Positions 5,351 through 14,152 of a stretch of 64,000 bases of DNA are shown in pieces (the stretch's first letter is position 1; each line of letters opens with the position of its first letter). The notes beneath the pieces are model-generated. The model was not told the origin of the DNA. It made no database searches and saw nothing but the letters and a program-made list of their open reading frames with translations. The translations under genes and the position numbers were made by a program. Location of the stretch: the sequence record ON287376.1; one strand, written 5' to 3'.

Positions 5351-5390
5351 AACATAGGGAGAGGGAAAACCCTCTCCCTCTATAATGTTT
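5351..5390. terminator. Bidirectional terminator between convergent genes
   Basis: AACATA-GGGAGAGGG-AAAA-CCCTCTCCC-TCTATAATGTT. Confidence 0.8.
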
Positions 5391-7314
5391 AAACGCCGTC
5401 AGGAATATTGAGCATGGAGTTAACCTGATCCGTAGACCACTCGAGAATATCGAATGTACGGGAGTTAATGTTCTCCTGGTCACCGGTATCTAAGACGAAC
5501 TCAAATACGAACGTAGGAGCGTCCTGATCAATCCTGTCAATACGACCTATCGCTTGTTCCATGTTGTAGCTACGGAACGGCACGTTCAATGCCAGGATGG
5601 TATTTGCCATTGTCATCGGTACGGCACTGGAAAGAGATTGGAATGTAGTAACCATCGCCCGCTCTTTACCCGTTTCGAACTTCTTGACTTCACTATCAGC
5701 AGTACCTTCAGAACTACCGTGAACTACCAGTGGTTGAATGCCTTTACCTTTAAGATATTTGGCACACTCATCAACTACCTTAACGTACGAAGTAAAGACG
5801 ACAGTTTTCTTCTCAGCCTCCTCGATATACTTCTCGATTTTAGCATGACGCATAACTGCCTCAACTGCTTCCTCACGCCGTTTGGATACAAGTGACCCAA
5901 GACACTCCCCTCTGACTTTCAATTCAACATACTTGATTACAGAGAGATAGGATCGCAGTTTCTTCCTACGTTCATTATCCAAAGCAGGTAAAAGAACATT
6001 CTTCTCGTACTTATTAACAAATACGATAGTGTCCCGGATTTTAGGATAATCAGTAGTCTTAACTATCACGTTGAACATCTTACGATAAAGCGCGAACTGT
6101 TGCTTCTGCTGAGGACTCTTCAACGCCTTCTCAAAGATGGCAAGGGACTCGTTGTAATACTTCAGAGCATTACCTCGCTGACCTTCCCAGTACTTCAAAC
6201 GATCCTTGATAAACTTCTCCATATCTTTCTTGAGAGTAGTCAACAAGAAAGGAGTTGGGTCGGGTATCTTAACAGGGACACGTTCGATCTTAGGTTCGGT
6301 TTTAACAACCTCAGCTTTGAAGACGATATTACCCAGACGATGACTAATGATGTCGAATACCTTATTACTGGACTTACCGTATAACTTACGGAAAGCCTCT
6401 GCAACATCATCGTTCATGAGCGGATCGATTGTCCTTAGCATGGTGATCGCTTCAGTACCGTATGCCTTAAGCGGGGTTGCCGATGCCCAAATAGTCGACA
6501 TGGGTTCGATGATCTTCCATGCTTCGTACATGATGTTATTTCGACCACTTGTCTCTTCGTTCAACGTGTGGGATTCATCGAGTATTAGCGTGACTTTCTT
6601 ACCACGGAACTTACTCGCAATCTCTTTGAAATAACGTAGGTCTTCTACGTGGAAGATCAGGAAAGGAGGGGGATTTCCTTTTAACTCTTTGTCCCGATCG
6701 TAGATCCAGTACTTAGGAGGATTACGAAAATCTTCCTTCATCGACTTTTCCCAAACACGATAGACCGCACGTTTGAGCGTTATGATAATCGTGAAGTCTG
6801 ACCCTAACATCTGGGACAGAGCCAGAGACGAATAGGTCTTACCTGTACCAGTTTTCATAGCCAGCGTATAGCCATGAAGACGGAATCTCGGCACTACGTT
6901 ATCGTATTTATCAAAGAACTCAACCTGGTGTTCCTTAGGCGTGAATTTGAACAACGATAACTTAGAACGATTAAGGATTGGATCGTGTTCTTCTTGAGTA
7001 CTCTTCAGCCAGGTGTTTTCTAACATGGCGTTTTTAACGGACACCAGAGATCGTTTGGAGGTCTTGTTTAACTTAGGGAACTCCAATAACTTGTCGACAA
7101 TGTAAACGAACTCTACTGCGAAGAAACTATAAAACTCAATCTCGTAGGGAGAGACTTTAATGAACATCGATTTGACGATCCTGTTTGTCCGCCACAGAGA
7201 ATAGATGTCCGCAAACATGTTCTTGGTTTTCAAAGCCGAAACAGTAATCTTCCCATTACTCTCCACGACCTTAACCGAACCAATTAAAGAACGAATTGGG
7301 TTAAGAATGCCCAT
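5389..7314 (-). CDS. Superfamily 2 (DEXH) helicase
   Basis: AMKTGTGKT Walker A; LILDESH motif II; ASATP motif III; EQAIGRIDRIDQ motif VI. Confidence 0.9.
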   Translation of the reverse strand: MGILNPIRSLIGSVKVVESNGKITVSALKTKNMFADIYSLWRTNRIVKSMFIKVSPYEIEFYSFFAVEFVYIVDKLLEFPKLNKTSKRSLVSVKNAMLENTWLKSTQEEHDPILNRSKLSLFKFTPKEHQVEFFDKYDNVVPRFRLHGYTLAMKTGTGKTYSSLALSQMLGSDFTIIITLKRAVYRVWEKSMKEDFRNPPKYWIYDRDKELKGNPPPFLIFHVEDLRYFKEIASKFRGKKVTLILDESHTLNEETSGRNNIMYEAWKIIEPMSTIWASATPLKAYGTEAITMLRTIDPLMNDDVAEAFRKLYGKSSNKVFDIISHRLGNIVFKAEVVKTEPKIERVPVKIPDPTPFLLTTLKKDMEKFIKDRLKYWEGQRGNALKYYNESLAIFEKALKSPQQKQQFALYRKMFNVIVKTTDYPKIRDTIVFVNKYEKNVLLPALDNERRKKLRSYLSVIKYVELKVRGECLGSLVSKRREEAVEAVMRHAKIEKYIEEAEKKTVVFTSYVKVVDECAKYLKGKGIQPLVVHGSSEGTADSEVKKFETGKERAMVTTFQSLSSAVPMTMANTILALNVPFRSYNMEQAIGRIDRIDQDAPTFVFEFVLDTGDQENINSRTFDILEWSTDQVNSMLNIPDGV

Positions 7315-7368
7315 TACAGTTTACCCGATAGTTGATTAGCCTAGACATAGAAAATCTCGAAAAGTATT

Positions 7369-7382
7369 CACGTATATATTAC
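7369..7382 (+). promoter_or_regulatory. phiKZ-type early promoter motif
   Basis: CACGTATATATTAC, identical at 12638-12651; TATATTAC core matches the phiKZ early consensus as I recall it. Confidence 0.65.
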
Positions 7383-7416
7383 AACCATGATAGAGGCCAT
7401 TAGTAGGTAATGTCAG

Positions 7417-8085
7417 ATGGGCAATCTAATAGTTAAGTTCGATTACCCAGCGGGTATACGGGCTAAGATAAAAGAATGGGTTAAGAATAATCCGTTCTTC
7501 GAAGCATTGATCTTTTCGATGGTAATCGAATCTAAGATCGATACCATGTTCGCTTGTCCTGAAATAGAAGGGCTCGCTGATAAGTTTAAAGGGAACTACG
7601 AATCCCTAGAGGATCATCTTGACGGTAAAGAATTCAGCCATGCTAAACCGACTGAATTAGGATTGGACGTAATAGCTAACAAGGATAAAGATAAACTCCT
7701 TGACTATTCTCCGATGAGGTCGATAAACGATATCCGTTTCTTCAAAGACCAAGAAGAGATGAAGAAGTGGTTTAAAGGCCCAGGTAAACACTTCTCCAGA
7801 TTTATCCTGATTTGTTCAACTGTGGTATTAAAGGAATATGGAGTAGTAAACTCCAATCAAGGAAACGACCTGGAAGAGTGTTTAAAGATCAACGGCAAGA
7901 TGTTCGATTACATCACAGCCAAGAAAGCACAGTGGGCAGTATTGAACTTTAACGTGAATGGAAATGAGGGAGCGATCAATAATTCGTCTAGAGTTATCGA
8001 ACGTTTAATCACCTTAACCATGAACGCTAAGAGAAAAGCACGCGGCAGAGACGCCGGTAAATTAATCGCACCAATCGAAAACTAA
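7417..8085 (+). CDS. Hypothetical protein (222 aa)
   Basis: ORF track; directly downstream of the early promoter motif. Confidence 0.75.
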   Translation: MGNLIVKFDYPAGIRAKIKEWVKNNPFFEALIFSMVIESKIDTMFACPEIEGLADKFKGNYESLEDHLDGKEFSHAKPTELGLDVIANKDKDKLLDYSPMRSINDIRFFKDQEEMKKWFKGPGKHFSRFILICSTVVLKEYGVVNSNQGNDLEECLKINGKMFDYITAKKAQWAVLNFNVNGNEGAINNSSRVIERLITLTMNAKRKARGRDAGKLIAPIEN

Positions 8086-8095
8086 GGAAATACAA

Positions 8096-8503
8096 ATGAA
8101 AAACATCACCAAAACTATCGCAGCTATCGCATTCGCAACCGGCGCTATGTTCGCAGCCAATAACGCATATGCCGCAGACGGCTACAAATCTCCAGATGTG
8201 AAATACGCCAAACCATGCGTAGCCGACGCTCGCCAGAAGGCGCAGCTTATGGCTAACACCTACCAGGAAATGAACCAGCTGGATTACGAAGCTGAACTGA
8301 AACTGGTCGACCCTACCTTCCCGGCGGCATTCCGCAATCCGGTACGCAAAGAGCAGTTCGTTCACCCGATCGAATTCAAAGTGCTGTTCGTCCGTGGTTT
8401 CGAAACACGTATCCGCGTGATGTACTCCAACTCCTCAGCCACTGATCCTAACATGTGTGTATTCCAGGGCATCGAATTCCTCGACCTGACCGACGCAAAC
8501 TAA
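8096..8503 (+). CDS. Predicted secreted/periplasmic protein
   Basis: AAGGA RBS; Sec signal peptide MKNITK-hydrophobic-AYA|A; two Cys in the mature part. Confidence 0.8.
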   Translation: MKNITKTIAAIAFATGAMFAANNAYAADGYKSPDVKYAKPCVADARQKAQLMANTYQEMNQLDYEAELKLVDPTFPAAFRNPVRKEQFVHPIEFKVLFVRGFETRIRVMYSNSSATDPNMCVFQGIEFLDLTDAN

Positions 8504-8530
8504 TTCTACCAATCCGAAATAGCGGTCTTA

Positions 8531-9073
8531 ATGGCCGCTAATAAATTTAAGGAGCTTAACGTGACTAAACGATTTATTCTGCTGAAGGACATTTTTGGAG
8601 AAAACTGGAAACGAGGTGGCGTAGTAGACTTAGCCGAAGTGGTCATGATTGCACCGGCTAATATCGCGGTACCGCGTACACTCGATGATATCCGCATCAT
8701 CACTCGTGGCGGTGCAGAAACTCGCATCATCGTTGAAGATTTAAATCAGTCCTCTATCGTAGCCGCTAACGATAAGTTGGTACAGGCCTTCATGGATTAC
8801 GTTACCGCTCAAGCAGAGGGGCCGGAACTTCCCCCGGAACAAATTAAACCAACACGGGAAGAAAAGCTGGCTCGGTTCAATGAAATGGTCATTGCTGAAA
8901 TTTCAAAGTTAACTGACTATGGTCGGTTAAGCGCATTTCACCTGAGCATTACTGAAACAACGGAGTGGAATCAAAAAGATCTCAACGATCTTGATTCCTT
9001 CCTTAAGTATCGTCCGGGTGCGTGGACTAACCAATATCGTAAAATCATGGAGTGCGAAGATGATCTTTGGTAA
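8531..9073 (+). CDS. Hypothetical protein (180 aa)
   Basis: ORF track; co-oriented operon. Confidence 0.75.
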   Translation: MAANKFKELNVTKRFILLKDIFGENWKRGGVVDLAEVVMIAPANIAVPRTLDDIRIITRGGAETRIIVEDLNQSSIVAANDKLVQAFMDYVTAQAEGPELPPEQIKPTREEKLARFNEMVIAEISKLTDYGRLSAFHLSITETTEWNQKDLNDLDSFLKYRPGAWTNQYRKIMECEDDLW

Positions 9074-9362
9074 CTACAAATCAGCCACGATCCAACGTTC
9101 AGACGTACCTGATCTGAAATCACTGTACATCATGGTACTGCTCAACTCTCACGCTGTCGACCATCTGGCTGAATACGCTATGGTGCGCGATGAGACAACC
9201 GTCGGCGTATTCGCTGTTAAACCAACTGGCGAGACTGTAGAAGACTCGCTCACCATTATTCGTTTAACCGGCGGGGCTGTTAAGTTCATCCTTTCCGAAT
9301 CCATGATTGAGTTTACCGTCGATCAATCCTTCCTCAAACGTTTTATCTCAGGAATTCAATAA
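9060..9362 (+). CDS. Hypothetical protein (~100 aa; start moved to ATG 9060)
   Basis: GGAG 7 nt before ATG 9060; overlaps the end of the upstream gene. Confidence 0.65.
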   Translation: MIFGNYKSATIQRSDVPDLKSLYIMVLLNSHAVDHLAEYAMVRDETTVGVFAVKPTGETVEDSLTIIRLTGGAVKFILSESMIEFTVDQSFLKRFISGIQ

Positions 9363-9838
9363 TGGCCAGAAAAGTAGAAGTTACTTCCCTTACCGATGAT
9401 GCCGGTGAACTAGCCTTAACGCTGACCTACGAAGGCCACTCGGAAACTGCGCGCTTTACCACCGAAGAGTTGAAACCTCTCGATGGATTAAAGTACGCGC
9501 TCTGCCTTTTATTTGCAGACGATTGGAAAGAAGAAGGTTTCATTCGCCGGATGCATATTACTGAGCTAGTAATCAAGTACGATATTACTATCTCTAAAGA
9601 AGCGGAGCTTGCGGCGATCCAGTTGAACAATGGTTTCAAAGAACTCTTCCGTGAATTCCCAGGCTCCGTCGGCAGCAAAGAAGACCGCGTTGACGCACTG
9701 ATCCAGGCTATGGTGGCGGACATCAACACTCGCGCCCTGCACAATCATCAACATGGCGATCCTTGGACTCTGGAAGACTGTAAGAAAGGTGCCGACCTGG
9801 GCCGCAAAGTAGCATTTCAGTTGAAAGAACTATTGTAA
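9362..9838 (+). CDS. Hypothetical protein (158 aa)
   Basis: TAATG translational coupling; followed by terminator. Confidence 0.75.
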   Translation: MARKVEVTSLTDDAGELALTLTYEGHSETARFTTEELKPLDGLKYALCLLFADDWKEEGFIRRMHITELVIKYDITISKEAELAAIQLNNGFKELFREFPGSVGSKEDRVDALIQAMVADINTRALHNHQHGDPWTLEDCKKGADLGRKVAFQLKELL

Positions 9839-9845
9839 CATAATC

Positions 9846-9871
9846 GCAGAGTACCCTTCGGGGTACTCTGC
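9846..9871 (+). terminator. Terminator hairpin (24-bp core duplicated at 14087-14110)
   Basis: GCAGAGTACCC-TTCG-GGGTACTCTGC. Confidence 0.8.
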
Positions 9872-9909
9872 TTCATCTAAAGTAACTATTTCTTTTTTTG
9901 GAGAATTCA

Positions 9910-10554
9910 ATGAAAACTAAAGTCGAACGTATAAAGGCTGTGTGCGATAAACTGAATCCCGAAAAAGAATACTTCTTTACTGGGATCGGTTCAACCGAAG
10001 TAACCGAAGACGAGTTCTCTTTAATGAAAATGCTCGCCTCAGTAATCTCAGTTACTTTCAGAATCGGAGTTCGTTCAGGCCGTGCTCCTGGATCAGACCA
10101 AGCCTTCCAAGCTGGCGTGGAGTATTCCAACCATAAATGTAGTTTGAACAATCTCCCCTTAGCGCCATTGGAGATTTATTTACCCTGGAAAAAGTTTGAG
10201 CTTGATAACCCGAATACCTCTAAGGATAATTCAATTTGGGAAATGGATCACTACGACAAAGCCTCAGAGATCTGCTCAACTATTCACCCTATCTTCGACA
10301 GACTCACGGATGCCCAACGTAAGTTCCATGTACGTAACGTTTATCAGACCTTAGGTAAAGACCTAAACTCTCCGTCCCTCTTTGTGCTCTATTGTGCAGA
10401 TGAGGATAAACACGGATTACCTAAGGGAGGAACTCGCACGGCTACTAAGTTAGCAGTAGATAGAAACATTCCTGTTTTGAACATCCGTGGTAAAACGCTA
10501 ACGTTTATAATGGACTGGGTTCTAGAGATACTGGAGAGTCGGTTGTTATGTTAA
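9910..10554 (+). CDS. SLOG superfamily (DprA/Smf-like) protein
   Basis: FTGIGS; VRSGRAPGSDQAF; EIYLPW; HVRNVYQTLG; KGGTRTATKLAVDRNIPVLN motifs typical of phage SLOG proteins. Confidence 0.8.
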   Translation: MKTKVERIKAVCDKLNPEKEYFFTGIGSTEVTEDEFSLMKMLASVISVTFRIGVRSGRAPGSDQAFQAGVEYSNHKCSLNNLPLAPLEIYLPWKKFELDNPNTSKDNSIWEMDHYDKASEICSTIHPIFDRLTDAQRKFHVRNVYQTLGKDLNSPSLFVLYCADEDKHGLPKGGTRTATKLAVDRNIPVLNIRGKTLTFIMDWVLEILESRLLC

Positions 10555-10585
10555 TTCGACAACCATGTGAAAAGGAATAACCAAA

Positions 10586-11455
10586 ATGTTAAGATCAAAA
10601 ATCTTAGCGCGCTCCGCAGTCAGCAACGAAAGTTTCCTCGACTCCTTGAGAGCCAAAAAAGAACCAGAAACTAAAACGTTGCTGACGATCCCAGAGAAGA
10701 CGATCGAAGCTACCGGGTATCTGGAAAAACACAAGAACGATGTCGAGAATAAACTCGGCTCCGCTGAGTGGGTAGCTGAGCATTCCGATATCTCAACGAT
10801 CAATCCGCTTTGGAGCCTGGTTCTCCTTAATGGGGAACTCCCAGAGAACATCGGTAAAGCGCTGACTGATAACTTCAAAGAAGCCATCGACTACGCCAAA
10901 GAAGGCGCGAAGGTACTCGAAGCTCGCAGTAAAGAGATCCGTGGCATCGAGAAGAAACTGGACGAAGACTACCAGGCCGATAAAATCGAGAACGCTTCTG
11001 CCGCTATCCAAAGCGCCTACTCGGACATCAAATGTCCACTGGAAGGCCTTAAGTTCGACAAGCCGATGCTCGGCGGTTTCGAAGTAGAGATGGACGGCGC
11101 CAAACGCAAGTACAAATTCCATGACGGTAAAGTCGCCCTGGAAGAACTACCTGCTGCCCAAGATATCGCCAAAGCGGTTAAAGTCGCTTTCGGTATCGTA
11201 GAAGAAGGTATGAAGTTCCTGAACGAATGGGACGACTACAAACTCTTCGACGTTCCCGGTATCGATACTTCCGAAGGTATCTGGCGCGACCAATCCGTCA
11301 AGCACAACAACAAAAAGACCCGCGAGATCTCCGACTTCATCGATAGTGAGGGTCATGTAGAAGTCGCTGAGCTGTTCTACGTATCTCCTCTGCGTGCTGC
11401 GATTGATTCTGCGGTGGCCTTTATCCGCATGGTCAACGAATCGAGCAAGAAGTAA
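10586..11455 (+). CDS. Putative internal head protein with prohead-protease site
   Basis: AAGGA RBS; N-terminal VSNE|S motif; C-terminal helix like the paralogs at 33-40 kb. Confidence 0.6.
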   Translation: MLRSKILARSAVSNESFLDSLRAKKEPETKTLLTIPEKTIEATGYLEKHKNDVENKLGSAEWVAEHSDISTINPLWSLVLLNGELPENIGKALTDNFKEAIDYAKEGAKVLEARSKEIRGIEKKLDEDYQADKIENASAAIQSAYSDIKCPLEGLKFDKPMLGGFEVEMDGAKRKYKFHDGKVALEELPAAQDIAKAVKVAFGIVEEGMKFLNEWDDYKLFDVPGIDTSEGIWRDQSVKHNNKKTREISDFIDSEGHVEVAELFYVSPLRAAIDSAVAFIRMVNESSKK

Positions 11456-11482
11456 CGCCAACCTAATGAAGAGTCGGACGAA

Positions 11483-12619
11483 ATGAAATACACTCGCGAA
11501 ATACTAAAGAATAAAACGCAGGGAGTTAACAACCCCTCCCAGCCAACTATGGAATCCTTCTCTCAATTCCTGGACAACCACATTACTTTAGAAGCAGCCT
11601 CTTCGGTCGCCAATGAGAGTAATGCGCTGATGGCGGGCATCCTTATTGACTCCATGGGATTAGGCGAATCTATCTCACTGGAATCTGAAAATGTAAACTA
11701 CGACGTTTCCCTGGAAGCTGCCAAAGAACAAAACCATGCCAATATGCAGAAGAAGGCATCTGAGTTCAACAGTGGCTTCATGGGTTGGTTGAGTAAAAAG
11801 TTCAGTGCCCGTGGCAAGCTGTTCAGCGAACTCGATGAACTCATCGAATATCTGGAAGGTAAAGAGGGCGAAATCTCCATCGATGGTAATGCCTTCAAAA
11901 TAGACTTCGGTGGCGGTAACGTAAAACAACTCATGGAAGATTTTGCCAAGGCCTACAAAACCCTTGCAGAACTACACATGACTCGCTGCTCTAAGTCAGT
12001 AGAAATGCTTAAGGGCGGTAGTAACCTGGCTGACGCCTATAAAGGCATCCTGGCCCCTTTCGTATCTGGCATGTCTCGTGTCGTTTCAGTAAAGACTGGT
12101 CAGCGCATGGGCGAAAGAGAAGTTCTGGGTGAAAAGGCTTTGTTTGTATATGCTAACAAAGGCCGTGTCGGTACCACTAACTTCATGGGTATCTACATTC
12201 CTGTTGATATCAACGATATCCGTAACAGAGCAGGTGAAGGCCTGAGTAACATCCGGGACGTAGCTCATTTCTACACCAAAATCTCCGAGAACACTTACGT
12301 CACGTTTGACGACTTCATGTCCCCAGCTCCGTTCGAATCGCCTAAGACGTTCCAGGAACTACTGGAAATCGTCAAAGCTTATCGTGCGGTTATGGACGAC
12401 GTAATGGATAACGGTCGTAGTAAAGCCCTGCAACGTTTGGTAGATGAAGAAAACAAAATCATCAAAAGCCAGAGGAAACCAGAAGCTGAGAAATTCGCCA
12501 GCTGGCAGATGTCAGCGAGTAACTTCTCTACGGCTAAGTTGTTCTTCGAGTCGTGCGAAACAGCCATGGTTAAAAAGTTCAAATCCCTGAAGCTAATGGC
12601 CAAGGCCGCAAGTAAATAA
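11483..12619 (+). CDS. Putative internal head protein, multiple S/T-x-E cleavage sites
   Basis: TMES, TLEA, SLES, SLEA clustered in the first ~80 aa. Confidence 0.65.
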   Translation: MKYTREILKNKTQGVNNPSQPTMESFSQFLDNHITLEAASSVANESNALMAGILIDSMGLGESISLESENVNYDVSLEAAKEQNHANMQKKASEFNSGFMGWLSKKFSARGKLFSELDELIEYLEGKEGEISIDGNAFKIDFGGGNVKQLMEDFAKAYKTLAELHMTRCSKSVEMLKGGSNLADAYKGILAPFVSGMSRVVSVKTGQRMGEREVLGEKALFVYANKGRVGTTNFMGIYIPVDINDIRNRAGEGLSNIRDVAHFYTKISENTYVTFDDFMSPAPFESPKTFQELLEIVKAYRAVMDDVMDNGRSKALQRLVDEENKIIKSQRKPEAEKFASWQMSASNFSTAKLFFESCETAMVKKFKSLKLMAKAASK

Positions 12620-12637
12620 GTAAAATGAATCTTCCGT

Positions 12638-12651
12638 CACGTATATATTAC
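12638..12651 (+). promoter_or_regulatory. phiKZ-type early promoter motif upstream of the GIY-YIG gene
   Basis: CACGTATATATTAC, exact copy of 7369-7382. Confidence 0.65.
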
Positions 12652-12731
12652 TCTAATGTAGGGGATTAGCTACCCCCTATTAAAAAATCTTAACCTTGGC
12701 TTTCTTAGCCTCCTTTGCAAAGGATTTTTAA

Positions 12732-14078
12732 ATGAGTAAAGTAATACTGGCGGAAGATTCCACCCTAATCAATAAAAGTAGTTTACTCCTGGGCCAACCA
12801 AGCCCAGGGGTTTATGACCTTCTGATGACGATTGCGATCAACGCACTTCGTAAGCCTGAGGTCTTATTACCTGGCGCCCTGAAGGACGTCACCGAGCTGT
12901 TCAATACCGAGCGATGGGGTAAGGAGGGGTCTATTCCTCTTGCCTCCCTGCCGCCTTCTATAACGTCTGTATCGGGAGCTGAATTCTCAATCAACACCAA
13001 AGAAACGATTTTCGAGGATGGTGATTACGAGAAGATCGTGGATATAATTCCGATTGACGACTTGATGGGAGATTTCGGATTCAACCGATCCGAGGGCGCT
13101 TTCGCTGGCGTCTATATCTTGACGTTCTCGAATAAACCGATCTCCTATATTGGATCGAGTGTAAATGTATTCAAACGTCTAAGGGAACATCGTAATAACC
13201 TGGCTGGCGATAGGCACTACAACAAGCGACTTCAGACCTTCTATAACCTGCACAAAGATGACCCTGTAGTTAGGATCAAAGTACAGGTTATTCGTACCAC
13301 TGAAACCCAGACTCCTTTCTGGTTAGAGAATGAGACTTTGAGTTACGTTAAACGTAAACAAGCCGTGTTCAATATCGGAGATACTGCTGAACTGCCTAAG
13401 CTGGGCGTTTCGGTAAGTGAGGAGACTAGGAGTAGGATGTCTGAGTCTGCCCTAGGTAAGAAACTCTCTAAGGTAACGCGGGATAAAATGGCGGCGGTTA
13501 GAAAAGGAAAGGTTAACTCTGAAGAACATGTGTTGAAAACAACTAAAGCCCTTAGTAAGGAAATAATGGGCGACGGGATTAAGTATCCGTCTGCATCTGC
13601 AGCGGGTCGTATTCTCGGCATCAACCAGTCTACCATCACACGTAGATTGAGTAGTAAAGGTTATCCTGGATGGTACCTAATTGGTTCTGAGCATGACCCT
13701 GATGTTAAGTCAGGTAAAATAGAACAGACCACCGAAAAGAACGCAGATAACTTAGGGTATCGTATTGACGGTAAAATATACTTTACCTCAACCGAAGCCG
13801 GTAATGAGCTAGGGTACTCTTCATCTACTGTTAAACGTAGAGCAGATGATCCCCGGTTCCCAACTTGGGAGAGGATTGAAATAAATGATCCAGCTAGATT
13901 AGTTAGATCAACCTCTAAAGCCGTGGTAGTCGACGGAGAACACTTCTTGTCCTTACGTATAGCGGCAGATTCACTAGGTGTTCACCCAAGGACAATTATC
14001 GATTGGATGAACCATCCAGTTAACCATCCCAACACGTATTATGTTGGATCGGATAAAGATCCTTTAATTAAGAAGTAG
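12732..14078 (+). CDS. Free-standing GIY-YIG homing endonuclease with NUMOD3 and three NUMOD1-like repeats
   Basis: GVYIL...YIGSS...KRLREH core; SEETRSRMSES/SKVTRDKM NUMOD3-like repeats; three DG.x.(F/Y).S...A...LG HTH modules. Confidence 0.9.
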   Translation: MSKVILAEDSTLINKSSLLLGQPSPGVYDLLMTIAINALRKPEVLLPGALKDVTELFNTERWGKEGSIPLASLPPSITSVSGAEFSINTKETIFEDGDYEKIVDIIPIDDLMGDFGFNRSEGAFAGVYILTFSNKPISYIGSSVNVFKRLREHRNNLAGDRHYNKRLQTFYNLHKDDPVVRIKVQVIRTTETQTPFWLENETLSYVKRKQAVFNIGDTAELPKLGVSVSEETRSRMSESALGKKLSKVTRDKMAAVRKGKVNSEEHVLKTTKALSKEIMGDGIKYPSASAAGRILGINQSTITRRLSSKGYPGWYLIGSEHDPDVKSGKIEQTTEKNADNLGYRIDGKIYFTSTEAGNELGYSSSTVKRRADDPRFPTWERIEINDPARLVRSTSKAVVVDGEHFLSLRIAADSLGVHPRTIIDWMNHPVNHPNTYYVGSDKDPLIKK

Positions 14079-14111
14079 AACATAGCCAGAGTACCCTTCG
14101 GGGTACTCTGG
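14079..14111. terminator. Bidirectional terminator between convergent genes
   Basis: AACATAG-CCAGAGTACCC-TTCG-GGGTACTCTGG. Confidence 0.8.
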
Positions 14112-14152
14112 ACTACTCTTCACGGTTACTTATTTTTTTTGGCTAGACGGGC

